Source: Geobacter sulfurreducens PCA
GTDB lineage: Bacteria; Desulfobacterota; Desulfuromonadia; Geobacterales; Geobacteraceae
Direction of reading: 5' to 3'
DNA: 32,000 nucleotides
NCBI RefSeq assembly: GCF_000007985.2
Contig: NC_002939.5
Span: forward strand, 210,001-242,000
Position 1 is the stretch's first letter; each line of letters starts with the position of its first letter. Below the pieces are notes generated by a model, which ran no database searches, had not been told where the DNA came from, and saw nothing but the letters and a program-made list of their open reading frames with translations. Shown piece by piece: positions 9,045 to 17,068 of the stretch. The position numbers and the translations under genes were made by a program.

Positions 9045-10037
9045 GTGAGAAAATTCGGTTTCTTGGCTGTGTTCATGTCCCTTACCCTTGCGCTGCTTTC
9101 GACGGCCATGGCGGCACCTGCCGGCGGCAAGGTCCTTATCGGAGTGTCGAAAATCGTTTCGCATCCGGCCCTGGATGCCGTTGAAAAGGGGCTTCAGGAC
9201 GAGCTGGCCGCCCTGAAGATCAATGCCCAGTACGATCTGCAGAACGCCAACGGCGACGCCAACACCGCCGCCTCCATCGCCAATAAATTCCAGTCCGAGA
9301 AAGTGACCCTGGCCGTGGGTATCGCCACTCCCACCGCCCAATCCCTGGTCAATACCCTGAAAACGACGCCGGTGGTCTTTTCCGCAGTGACCGACCCGGT
9401 CAAGGCCGGTCTGGTGAAATCCCTGACCAAGGGTGAGAAGTACGTCACCGGCGTTTCCGACATGACCCCCGTGAAGCAGCAGATCGAGCTCCTGCTCCAG
9501 ATCAAGAAGGTGAAGCGGCTCGGCCACATTTACACCAGCTCCGAAGAGAATGCCGTGGTGCTGGCCGGCGTGGTGAAGAAGGCATGCCAGGATCTGGGCA
9601 TCCAGTACGTGGAGACCACCGTGTCCAAGTCCGCCGAGGTTAAGCAGGCCACCCAGTCAATCATCCGCAGGGTCGACGCCCTCTACGTGAGCACCGACAA
9701 CACGGTGGTGTCGGCCATGAGCGCCCTGACCGACGTTGCCATGAAGAACAAGGTGCCGGTCATGTCGGCGGACCCGAGCTCTGCCGAGAGCCATCCCGTC
9801 CTGGCGGCCTGGGGCTTCGACTATTACAAGATGGGGCGCGCCACGGGCAAGATGGTGGCCGAGATTCTGAAGGGCAAGAAGCCGGAGCAGCTTCCGACCC
9901 GTTTCATGACCAAGGCTTCCGACGTGGACCTGCTGGTGAACCTGGACGTGGCGAAGAAGCTGGGCCTCACCGTGCCGGCCGCCATCGTGAAGAGCGCCAA
10001 CAAGGTTGTCGAGAACGGCAAGCTGACCAAGAAGTAA
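9045..10037 (+). CDS. ABC transporter substrate-binding protein (ABC_sub_bind / PF04392-like)
   Basis: 330 aa, GTG start with AGGAGG 6 nt upstream. Signal peptide, then KVLIGVSKIVSHPALDAV, typical of this periplasmic binding family. Confidence 0.88.
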   Translation: MRKFGFLAVFMSLTLALLSTAMAAPAGGKVLIGVSKIVSHPALDAVEKGLQDELAALKINAQYDLQNANGDANTAASIANKFQSEKVTLAVGIATPTAQSLVNTLKTTPVVFSAVTDPVKAGLVKSLTKGEKYVTGVSDMTPVKQQIELLLQIKKVKRLGHIYTSSEENAVVLAGVVKKACQDLGIQYVETTVSKSAEVKQATQSIIRRVDALYVSTDNTVVSAMSALTDVAMKNKVPVMSADPSSAESHPVLAAWGFDYYKMGRATGKMVAEILKGKKPEQLPTRFMTKASDVDLLVNLDVAKKLGLTVPAAIVKSANKVVENGKLTKK

Positions 10038-10053
10038 CAGCAAGAAGGTTTCC

Positions 10054-10965
10054 ATGATCGAAGGTATTTTTGTTGAAGGACTCATTTACGGGATCATGGT
10101 CCTGGGGGTATTCATCTCCTTCCGGATACTCGATTTTCCCGACCTGACGGTGGACGGGTCGTTTCCCCTGGGAGCGGCCCTCATGGCCCAGTGCATCATG
10201 ATGGGGGTAACCCTCTGGCTGGCGCTTCTCATCGCCTTCGTGGGGGGGGTGATCGCCGGCGTGGTCACCTCCCTCATCCATAACCACTTGAAGGTGCCGA
10301 ACCTCCTGGCCGGCATCCTGACCATGACCATGCTCTACTCCGTCAACATCCGGGTGCTGGGGAACCGGGCGAACGTCCCGCTCCTGAACCAGGAAACGAT
10401 CCTCTCCCTGGTGACCGAGCGGCTTACGGGGATCATCCCGGACGAGTATATCCTCCTGGTCTTCTTCGCGGTGGTGACCCTCGTGATCAAGCTCCTGCTC
10501 GACCTCTTTTTCCGCACCGACCTGGGGCTCACCATCGGGGCCATGGGGAACAACGAGCAGATGGTCATTTCCCAGGGGGTGAACCCCAAGACTCTCAAGT
10601 CCATCGGCCTGGGCCTTTCCAACGGGCTGGTGGCCCTTTCCGGCGCCTTTGCGGCCCAGTACCTGGGCTTCGCCGATGTGGGGCTCGGCCAGGGGATCAT
10701 CATTTCGGGCCTGGCGTCGGTCATGATCGGCGAGTTCCTGGTCATGAAGAGCAACCGGATCGGGGTGCTCACCCTCTGCGCCGTTCTGGGTTCAATCTGT
10801 TTTTACGCGGTCATGTACGTGGGGCGCTACTACGGCTACGTCATCAACATGACCCCCAACGACCTGAACCTCATCAAGGGGATCCTGATTATCGTGCTGC
10901 TGGTCCTTACCCAGAGCAGGAAGCTGAAGAAATTCGCCGTTAAAGCCGTGGTGAAAAATGATTGA
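10054..10965 (+). CDS. ABC transporter permease
   Basis: 303 aa, multiple TM segments. Located between the binding protein and the ATPase. Confidence 0.9.
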   Translation: MIEGIFVEGLIYGIMVLGVFISFRILDFPDLTVDGSFPLGAALMAQCIMMGVTLWLALLIAFVGGVIAGVVTSLIHNHLKVPNLLAGILTMTMLYSVNIRVLGNRANVPLLNQETILSLVTERLTGIIPDEYILLVFFAVVTLVIKLLLDLFFRTDLGLTIGAMGNNEQMVISQGVNPKTLKSIGLGLSNGLVALSGAFAAQYLGFADVGLGQGIIISGLASVMIGEFLVMKSNRIGVLTLCAVLGSICFYAVMYVGRYYGYVINMTPNDLNLIKGILIIVLLVLTQSRKLKKFAVKAVVKND

Positions 10966-11755
10966 GCTCAAAAATGTGTCAATGATCTTCAACCCGGGGA
11001 CGGTGAACGAGAACCAGGCCATCTCGAACATCAGCCTGAAGGTCCGGGAGGGGGACTTCATCACCGTCATCGGCAGCAACGGCGCCGGCAAGTCGACCCT
11101 CTTCAACCTCATTGCCGGGACCATCACCCCCTCTTCCGGCTCCATTTTCCTGAATGACCGGAACATCACCCGCGAACCCGAGTACAAGCGGGCGAGGTAC
11201 ATCGGCCGGATCTTCCAGAATCCGCTCCTGGGAACCGCTTCAACCATGAGCCTGGAAGACAACATGATGATCACCTATAAAAAGGGGTTCAAGTGGCTCA
11301 AGAGGAGCCTGAACCACAAGATGCGGGAGTACTTCCGGACGGAACTGGTCCAGCTGAAGATGGGGCTGGAGGACCGGATGAAGGAGAACCTTGCCCTCTT
11401 CTCCGGGGGGCAGCGCCAGGCCCTGACGCTCCTGATGATGGTCCTCTCACGGCCGGATCTGATCCTTCTCGACGAGCATACGGCGGCCCTGGACCCCAAG
11501 AACGCCCAGATCGTCCTGGAGCTCACCGACAAGTTCATCCGGGAATACAATCTCACCGCCATGATGATCACCCACAACATGAGCCATGCCATCGAGTACG
11601 GCAACCGGCTCCTGATGATGGACAAAGGGGAGATCATCTTCGAGGCCGAGGGGGAGGAGAAGCGGGCGCTGACCGTGGAGAAGCTCATCGACAAATTCCA
11701 CCAGATCCGCCACACCTCCTTCGAAAACGACCGCACCCTTCTATCCGACGACTAG
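10958..11755 (+). CDS. ABC transporter ATP-binding protein
   Basis: 265 aa. Walker A GSNGAGKST, signature FSGGQRQAL, Walker B LILLDEHTAALD. 8-nt overlap with the permease. Confidence 0.95.
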   Translation: MIELKNVSMIFNPGTVNENQAISNISLKVREGDFITVIGSNGAGKSTLFNLIAGTITPSSGSIFLNDRNITREPEYKRARYIGRIFQNPLLGTASTMSLEDNMMITYKKGFKWLKRSLNHKMREYFRTELVQLKMGLEDRMKENLALFSGGQRQALTLLMMVLSRPDLILLDEHTAALDPKNAQIVLELTDKFIREYNLTAMMITHNMSHAIEYGNRLLMMDKGEIIFEAEGEEKRALTVEKLIDKFHQIRHTSFENDRTLLSDD

Positions 11756-11796
11756 GCGCGGGCCGTTACCGGTCCCGCGCCGTCCCGACCTCAGCC

Positions 11797-13305
11797 ATGC
11801 TCCTCATCCATCCCCCCGTAGCCAAGCCGGGCGAACCGCCCGCAGGCATCGCCCGCCTTGCGGGTGAGCTCCGGGCCCACGGCCTTCCCTGCCGGGTGCT
11901 GGATGCCAGCCTGGAGGGGCTCCTCTGGCTGCTGGAGCAGCCGTCTGCGGCTACCGACACCTGGACCCGCCGGGCATCCCGCAGCCGTGCAGATCACGTG
12001 GCCACACTGCGGGGAATGGACGCCTGCCGCTCCCCCGACCGGTACCGCCGTGCGGTCAGCGACCTGAACCGGCTCCTGGCCGCGGCGGGGCGCGACTCCG
12101 GCGCAGTGCCGGGGCTTGCAGATTACCGGCAGGACGGCTTTTCCCCCGTATCGAGCGCCGATCTGCTCAGGGCCGCGGAAGAGCCTGAGCGCAATCCCTT
12201 CCATCCCTGGTTCAGTCAACGCCTGCCTAAACTGCTGGATGGTGTCCGCGTGGCGGGCCTGTCCCTCAACTACCTGAGCCAAGCGGTTTCTGCCTTTGCC
12301 ATGATCGGCTTTCTCCGCACGCGGTTCCCCGGACTGACCCTGGTGCTGGGCGGCGGACTGGTCACTTCGTGGCTGCGGCGCCCCGGGTGGCGCAATCCGT
12401 TCGGCGGCCTCGTGGATCACCTGGTGGACGGGCCCGGGGAGTTGCCCCTTCTGCGGCTTCTGGGGGCCGAAGAGCCGCTCTGCCATCAGGTGCCGCCCGC
12501 CTACGACCCGCTGCCCCTGCACGACTACCTTTCCCCCGGACTGGTTCTGCCCTACAGCGCCGCCGGCGGCTGCTACTGGAACCACTGTTCCTTCTGTCCC
12601 GAGCGGGCCGAGGGGAACGCCTACCACCCCCGCGCCGTTCAGCGAGTACTGGCCGATCTGGAGACCCTGGTCAGCCGGCACCAACCCGCGCTGCTGCACC
12701 TCCTTGACAATGCCGTCAGTCCGTCGCTCCTGCAGGGGATGGCAGCTGCCCCGCCGGGCGTCCCCTGGTATGGCTTCGCCAGGGTTGACGAGCAACTGGC
12801 CGATCCCGACTTCTGCCGGGCCCTCAGGCGCTCGGGATGCGTGATGCTGAAGCTTGGGCTCGAGTCGGGGGATCAGGGGGTTCTGGACCGGCTGCACAAG
12901 GGGATCGATCTGGCAACGGCGGCTCGGGCCCTCCGGAGCCTGAGCGCGGCGGGCATTGCCGTGTACGCCTACCTCCTGTTCGGCACCCCCGCGGAAACGG
13001 AAGAGGCTGCCCGGCGGACGCTGGCATTCGTGGCTGAGCACCGGGAGGAGATCGGATTCCTCAACCTAGCGGTGTTCAACATGCCGATCAGCGGAGATGA
13101 GGCCGATGCTTACGGCACCGCGCCGTTTTACGAGGGAGATCTCTCGCTCTACACCGCCTTCCGGCATCCCCGGGGCTGGGACCGGAAGCAGGTGCGGCGC
13201 TTCCTGGACCGGGAGTTCACGCGCCATCCCGCCGTGGCGCCGATCCTGCGCCGGGATCCGCCGGTCTTCACATCCAACCATGCCCCCTTTTTCGCCGGGG
13301 CCTGA
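11797..13305 (+). CDS. B12-binding-domain-like radical SAM protein with atypical CX4CX2C motif
   Basis: The ORF track starts at 11293 inside the ABC ATPase gene. The ATG at 11797 gives MLLIHPPVAKPGEPP, an N-terminus like class B rSAM enzymes. Cluster motif CYWNHCSFC (nt 12571-12597). About 502 aa. Confidence 0.82.
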   Translation: MLLIHPPVAKPGEPPAGIARLAGELRAHGLPCRVLDASLEGLLWLLEQPSAATDTWTRRASRSRADHVATLRGMDACRSPDRYRRAVSDLNRLLAAAGRDSGAVPGLADYRQDGFSPVSSADLLRAAEEPERNPFHPWFSQRLPKLLDGVRVAGLSLNYLSQAVSAFAMIGFLRTRFPGLTLVLGGGLVTSWLRRPGWRNPFGGLVDHLVDGPGELPLLRLLGAEEPLCHQVPPAYDPLPLHDYLSPGLVLPYSAAGGCYWNHCSFCPERAEGNAYHPRAVQRVLADLETLVSRHQPALLHLLDNAVSPSLLQGMAAAPPGVPWYGFARVDEQLADPDFCRALRRSGCVMLKLGLESGDQGVLDRLHKGIDLATAARALRSLSAAGIAVYAYLLFGTPAETEEAARRTLAFVAEHREEIGFLNLAVFNMPISGDEADAYGTAPFYEGDLSLYTAFRHPRGWDRKQVRRFLDREFTRHPAVAPILRRDPPVFTSNHAPFFAGA

Positions 13306-13355
13306 TCAGGCTGCGTCATCCATTCCGCGCCTCCTGTATCCCGGGCAGAATTGCT

Positions 13356-13385
13356 TTGACAGGGTCAATGGCCGTGGCGTATACA
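13356..13385 (+). promoter_or_regulatory. candidate sigma70-type promoter inside the 365-nt intergenic gap
   Basis: Perfect -35 TTGACA (13356-13361), 18-nt spacer, TATACA (13380-13385). Predicted TSS near 13392, about 280 nt upstream of the next ATG. Confidence 0.45.
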
Positions 13386-13466
13386 GGATCAATCGGCTTT
13401 TCAGTCCAAATTACGGGCAGTTAATTCTACTTTGTCATTGCTGGTTTCTGGTGGTGTAAAGGGGCC

Positions 13467-13597
13467 GGGGATTCTCCCTCGGATAAGACTCCACGCGTCG
13501 CCCGGGTCCCCCGATTCGCCTCAACAGCCATAGAGCCGATTTCCTGGCGCACCGGCACCCTGCTTTGAGCTGGACTTTCTTCTCCGGGAGAATCCCC
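13467..13597. repeat. long-range inverted repeat (candidate structured RNA leader, ncRNA or MITE-like element)
   Basis: GGGGATTCTCCC (13467-13478) and GGGAGAATCCCC (13586-13597) are perfect 12-nt complements 107 nt apart. Pairing extends imperfectly inward for about 10 more bp (GGATAAGA / TCTTCTCC). Confidence 0.8.
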
Positions 13598-13670
13598 GAC
13601 TCCCTTGGGGGACCGTCGGTGGAGCTGTGACAGGCTAGTCTTTCCAAATGCCCGGCAAGAAAGATGCGTT

Positions 13671-14558
13671 ATGTTCAACCTGAAACCTGAACTCGTGGCC
13701 CGTCTTGAACGGGTGCTCACCTCCGTGGAAATGCTCCTGCCGCGCCCCACGGCACCGGTGGACTGGTCCGTGTGTCATGCCGCCAGCTGGCGCCGCCATT
13801 CTTTTTCCGGCTATCTCGAACCGGTGCGCCAGACCGATACCGTCACCCTGCCCGAGTTGCTCGGCATCGAGAAGCAGAAAGAGGTGATGACAAACAACAC
13901 GCTCCAGTTCCTCCGGGGGCTTCCGGCCAACAACGCCCTGCTCTGGGGATCGCGGGGGACGGGGAAGTCGTCTCTCGTCAAGGCGCTGCTGAATGAATAT
14001 GCCGCTCAGGGCCTCCGGATTGTCCAGGTGGAGAAAGAGGACCTGATCTATCTGTCCGAGATCTTCGCTGCCGTAGAGAACGAGCCTTACCGCTTCATCC
14101 TTCTCTGTGACGACCTGAGTTTCGAGGTGGGAGAGTTGAGCTACAAGATGCTCAAGAGCGCCTTGGACGGCTCGGTCTACTCGGCCCCGGAAAACGTGCT
14201 CATCTACGTGACTTCAAACCGTCGGCACCTGATCCCCGAGTACGAGTCGGACAACGTGGGGTGGAAATACGTCAACGGCGAGCTCCAGCAGAGCGAGGCC
14301 ATGGAGGAAAAGATTTCCCTCTCTGACCGTTTCGGGCTGTGGGTTGCCTTCCACGTCTTCTCCCAGGACCGTTATCTGGAGGCGGTTCGCCTCTGCATCG
14401 AGCGGGAGGCCCGCCAGCGCAGGGTGGAGATTCCCTGGGCCAAGGAGATCGAGCGGGAGGCTATCCAGTGGTCCCACGACAAGAGCAAGCGATGCGGGCG
14501 GACGGCGTTTCAGTTTTCACGGCACTGGGTTGGGCGCTACCTGCTCGGCGGGCGGTAA
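13671..14558 (+). CDS. AAA-type ATPase, DUF815 family
   Basis: The in-frame ATG at 13671 gives 295 aa. Walker A GSRGTGKSS, Walker B-like FILLCDDLSF. Confidence 0.85.
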   Translation: MFNLKPELVARLERVLTSVEMLLPRPTAPVDWSVCHAASWRRHSFSGYLEPVRQTDTVTLPELLGIEKQKEVMTNNTLQFLRGLPANNALLWGSRGTGKSSLVKALLNEYAAQGLRIVQVEKEDLIYLSEIFAAVENEPYRFILLCDDLSFEVGELSYKMLKSALDGSVYSAPENVLIYVTSNRRHLIPEYESDNVGWKYVNGELQQSEAMEEKISLSDRFGLWVAFHVFSQDRYLEAVRLCIEREARQRRVEIPWAKEIEREAIQWSHDKSKRCGRTAFQFSRHWVGRYLLGGR

Positions 14559-14722
14559 CATGATCTCCCGACAGCTCCGCCAGGGGTGATGTTGTGGCCG
14601 GTCATTTTTTGTGATACAACGGGAGCCTGTTGGTGAAGTTATCGATTTGTATACGAAAAATGGTTTGTCGTTTCCCGTTGAGGGGGTAAGCCCGGATTGA
14701 CGGAGAGAGGAAGCGTGTCGAG

Positions 14723-15595
14723 ATGAATCTGCTGGACGGAAAGAAGTGTGCCGAGAGCCTGGTGGCCGAGATTGCCAGGAAAGTGGCGGGTTACACGGAG
14801 TCGGGGCTGCGCACGCCCCACATGACCATCATTCTGGTAGGCGAGCACGCGCCGAGTGAATCGTATGTGAAATCCAAGATCGCCACCAGCGGCCTCGCCG
14901 GTTTCGAGAGCACATTGCTGAGGTTCCCCGAGACAATCAGGGAGTCGGAGTTGCTGGCAAAGATCAAGGAGGTTAACGAAGACCCCACCACCGACGGGCT
15001 CATCGTCCAGCTGCCCCTGCCGAAACACATCAACCAGCAGCATGTCATCAACGCCATTGCGCCGGAAAAGGACATCGACGGATTCCATCCGGCAAACTTC
15101 GGCCGCATGACCCTGGGGCAGAAGGCGTTCCGTCCGGCCACCGCCTACGGCATCTGCAAGCTGCTGCAGTTCTACGAGGTGCCGGTAAAGGCAAAGCACT
15201 GCGTCGTGATCGGCCGGTCCAACATCGTGGGCAAGCCGATCTCCATCATGCTCTCCAACGACTTCGATATCGGCAACGCCACGGTGACGCTCACCCATAT
15301 CGAAACTCCGCGCGAGCTCCTGCTGGATGAAACACGCCGGGCGGACATCGTGATCGTTGCCGTGGGCATCCCGGGGTTTGTTACGGCCGATATGGTCAAG
15401 GATGGGGTCGTGCTGATAGACGTGGGGATCAATCGTCTGGAGAGCGGCAAGATTGTGGGGGATGTGGATTTCGAAAATGTGGCGCAGAAATGTTCCTGGA
15501 TCACGCCGGTCCCCGGTGGTGTGGGGAGGATGACCGTTGCCGCCCTGATGATCAATACGCTCATGGCCTACCAGAATAATTTCAATCTGGCCTGA
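14723..15595 (+). CDS. folD: bifunctional methylenetetrahydrofolate dehydrogenase / methenyltetrahydrofolate cyclohydrolase
   Basis: 290 aa. Conserved [35 protein letters not shown] and [11 protein letters not shown] motifs. Confidence 0.96.
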
Positions 15596-15629
15596 CCGGA
15601 GTCCATGAGCCGTCTGCTACGCTTCCACG

Positions 15630-15661
15630 GGGGCGGGGCGCCGTGAGAGGTGTCCCGCCCC
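15630..15661. terminator. GC-rich hairpin between convergent genes (possible bidirectional terminator without U tract)
   Basis: GGGGCGGGGC ... GTCCCGCCCC, about 10-bp stem. No T run on either side. Confidence 0.35.
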
Positions 15662-15678
15662 TCGTGCGTTCAGTGTCG

Positions 15679-15894
15679 TTAGGCCGCGAAGCTGTAGTCG
15701 TGCGCTTCAACGCACTCGGTTACGGCTTCGAGGAACGAGTTCTCCTGGGGATCAGTGATGATTTCCATCGCGCCGTGGTTAACCGCCCACACTGTTCCGC
15801 AGATATCGCAGGTCACGATGTCTTCGGAAAAACCTTCCGAGTGGAGATCGATGGCTACCTGCTGGCCGTGGGCTTTGCATACGGGGCACTTCAT
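15679..15894 (-). CDS. small zinc-ribbon protein (two CxxC pairs), function unknown
   Basis: 71 aa. MKCPVCKAHG ... VTCDICGTVW. AGGAG RBS 7 nt upstream and a good promoter just upstream. Confidence 0.75.
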   Translation of the reverse strand: MKCPVCKAHGQQVAIDLHSEGFSEDIVTCDICGTVWAVNHGAMEIITDPQENSFLEAVTECVEAHDYSFAA

Positions 15895-15930
15895 GGTGTT
15901 ACTCCTTTCATTCTTGACTAGTTTACTGAA

Positions 15931-15959
15931 ACTATAAACGGGTCTCCTGAGGAATGCAA
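15931..15959 (-). promoter_or_regulatory. sigma70-type promoter for the zinc-ribbon gene
   Basis: On the minus strand: TTGCAT (15959-15954), 17-nt spacer, TATAGT (15936-15931). Confidence 0.6.
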
Positions 15960-15976
15960 GGGGTAATGTGAAAAAA

Positions 15977-16001
15977 GTTACAACAAAACAACATGTTACA
16001 A
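15977..16001 (+). repeat. direct GTTACAA repeats (candidate regulator binding sites)
   Basis: GTTACAA at 15977-15983 and 15995-16001 (18-nt period). A third copy at 16151-16157 overlaps the -10 of the + strand promoter. A 6/7 inverted copy lies at 16065-16070. TATACTG is also repeated at 16045 and 16060. Confidence 0.6.
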
Positions 16002-16129
16002 GTGTGTTGTGTCGCTATATAGACTGCTATTTGGTTTTAATGTGTATACTGATTTTATTTATACTGTAACATGCCGTAGTTGCATGACTTTTTTGTGGGA
16101 AACGAAATTTTATTTTGATAACGGGCACT

Positions 16130-16158
16130 TTGAGTTCATGGGGGCCTTTTGTTACAAT
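16130..16158 (+). promoter_or_regulatory. extended -10 sigma70-type promoter directed toward nitroreductase/SCO/cox genes
   Basis: TTGAGT (16130-16135), 17-nt spacer ending in TGt, TACAAT (16153-16158). Implies a leader of about 255 nt before the ATG at 16422. Confidence 0.55.
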
Positions 16159-16421
16159 CGGGTATCTTCGGCCCATTGCCGCGACTGACTGCCGCATGCA
16201 GAACATGAGTTGCAATTGTCGCGATTTCAGTTGGAAAATGCCTTCCTGATTTGCGTCGGAGGCTGGCTACCGGTAAACTTAGTTCTACTTTGCCTCAGGG
16301 TGGAGCCGACAGTTCTGAGCGGTTCTTTGTTTTGAGCGGGCGTTTTCTCTCGGGGAGAGCCCGGTCCGTCGATCCCCTGGGGCGAGCAAAAACCGGTATG
16401 AACCAACAAGGAGGCATGCAA

Positions 16422-16988
16422 ATGGATACTCTTGAGGCAATCAGGACGCGACGGAGCGTGCGGGCATTTTCAGACCGGCCGGTGGAGCCGGAAAAGCTTC
16501 AGATGGTGCTGGAGGCGGCACGTCAGGCGCCCTCCTGGGCAAACATGCAGTGCAGCCGCTTCGTGGTGGTGCAGGATGCCGAAGTCAAGGCAAAGATCAG
16601 CGAGCTGTCGTTCGTGGAGGCATTTTTCGCGCCGCTCGGCTACAGGACCAACCCGGCCCAGAAGGCGCTCGCCGAAGCGCCGGTGGTGATCGTTGCCTGC
16701 GGCGTGCCCGGCGAGTCGGGCGATCTGCGCGGGCAGCAGTACTACATGACGGACGTGGGGATCGCCACGGAAAACCTCATGCTCGCCGCCCATGCCGTGG
16801 GACTCGGCTCGGTGTTTGTCGGCGTCTTCGGCGAGGAACAGCTCGGCGACCTCCTGGACATCCCGCCGGAGATCAGGATCGTTGGGCTTTTCCCCCTGGG
16901 CTATCCCCGGGAGGAGACGCAGGCGAAGTCGGGCCCGGCGCGCAAGCCCCTGGATGAGATCGTGTTCCAGGGCAAGTGGAAGTCCTAG
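16422..16988 (+). CDS. nitroreductase family protein
   Basis: The third in-frame ATG is preferred (AAGGAGG at 16408-16414, 7-nt spacing). N-terminus [16 protein letters not shown] and ...PSWANMQ... are typical nitroreductase-fold motifs. 188 aa. Confidence 0.88.
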   Translation: MDTLEAIRTRRSVRAFSDRPVEPEKLQMVLEAARQAPSWANMQCSRFVVVQDAEVKAKISELSFVEAFFAPLGYRTNPAQKALAEAPVVIVACGVPGESGDLRGQQYYMTDVGIATENLMLAAHAVGLGSVFVGVFGEEQLGDLLDIPPEIRIVGLFPLGYPREETQAKSGPARKPLDEIVFQGKWKS

Positions 16989-17068
16989 CCGGCCGTTGGA
17001 AAGAACGCCGGTGCGGGACCGGCAGAACAGACCGCCCCCGCACCGGCCCTCGACAGGTTCCGGCGTCC

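Noticed and set aside
13540-13585. RNase P RNA-like string on the minus strand (GAAGAAAGTCCAGCTCAAAGCAGGGTGCCGGTGCGCCAGG, resembling the CR-I/P5-P8 region GAGGAAAGUCCGGGCUCC...CAGGGUGCCAGGUAACGCCUGG).
   Set aside because: The segment that should form the P8 hairpin (CCGG...CCAGG) is not self-complementary. I cannot find the conserved ACAGAA-CCGGCUUA (CR-V) or GGGUGAAA/GGUAAGAG elements in the remaining 270 nt. The P4 partner is only a 6-nt match. It is probably a chance resemblance, but an Rfam scan would settle it.
13461-13612. Confident call of this element as 6S RNA (ssrS).
   Set aside because: The closing helix and a GAGCCGAU match to E. coli 6S are suggestive. However, I could not build the terminal stem or central bubble, the paired span (about 135-150 nt) is short for 6S, and the strand is ambiguous. 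It is kept as an open finding rather than an annotated ncRNA gene.
14559-14722. Looked for a folate- or purine-related riboswitch (THF, THF-II/folE, ZTP/pfl) in front of folD.
   Set aside because: None of the conserved cores I remember (for example GACUGGCG ... CCGCCUGGGC for ZTP) is present, and no convincing terminator or anti-terminator pair is visible.
16084-16188. 34-aa ORF (MTFLWETKFYFDNGHFEF...), a 9-aa hydrophobic mini-ORF (MCILILFIL) and the 62-aa minus-strand ORF 16027-16215, all in the AT-rich island.
   Set aside because: None has a Shine-Dalgarno sequence at a proper distance. They overlap the predicted promoter elements, and the sequences have no recognisable features. Treated as noncoding.
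16251-16421. N-terminal extension of the nitroreductase ORF as given in the ORF track. Analogous upstream extensions occur at 455, 3408, 7341, 11293, 13605, 16976, 20041, 22597, 22795 and 30901.
   Set aside because: The extensions are Arg/Gly/Pro-rich, overlap upstream genes or leaders, and lack an RBS. Internal starts have good SD sequences, start/stop coupling, or yield native-looking N-termini (Tat signal, signal peptides, family-typical first residues).
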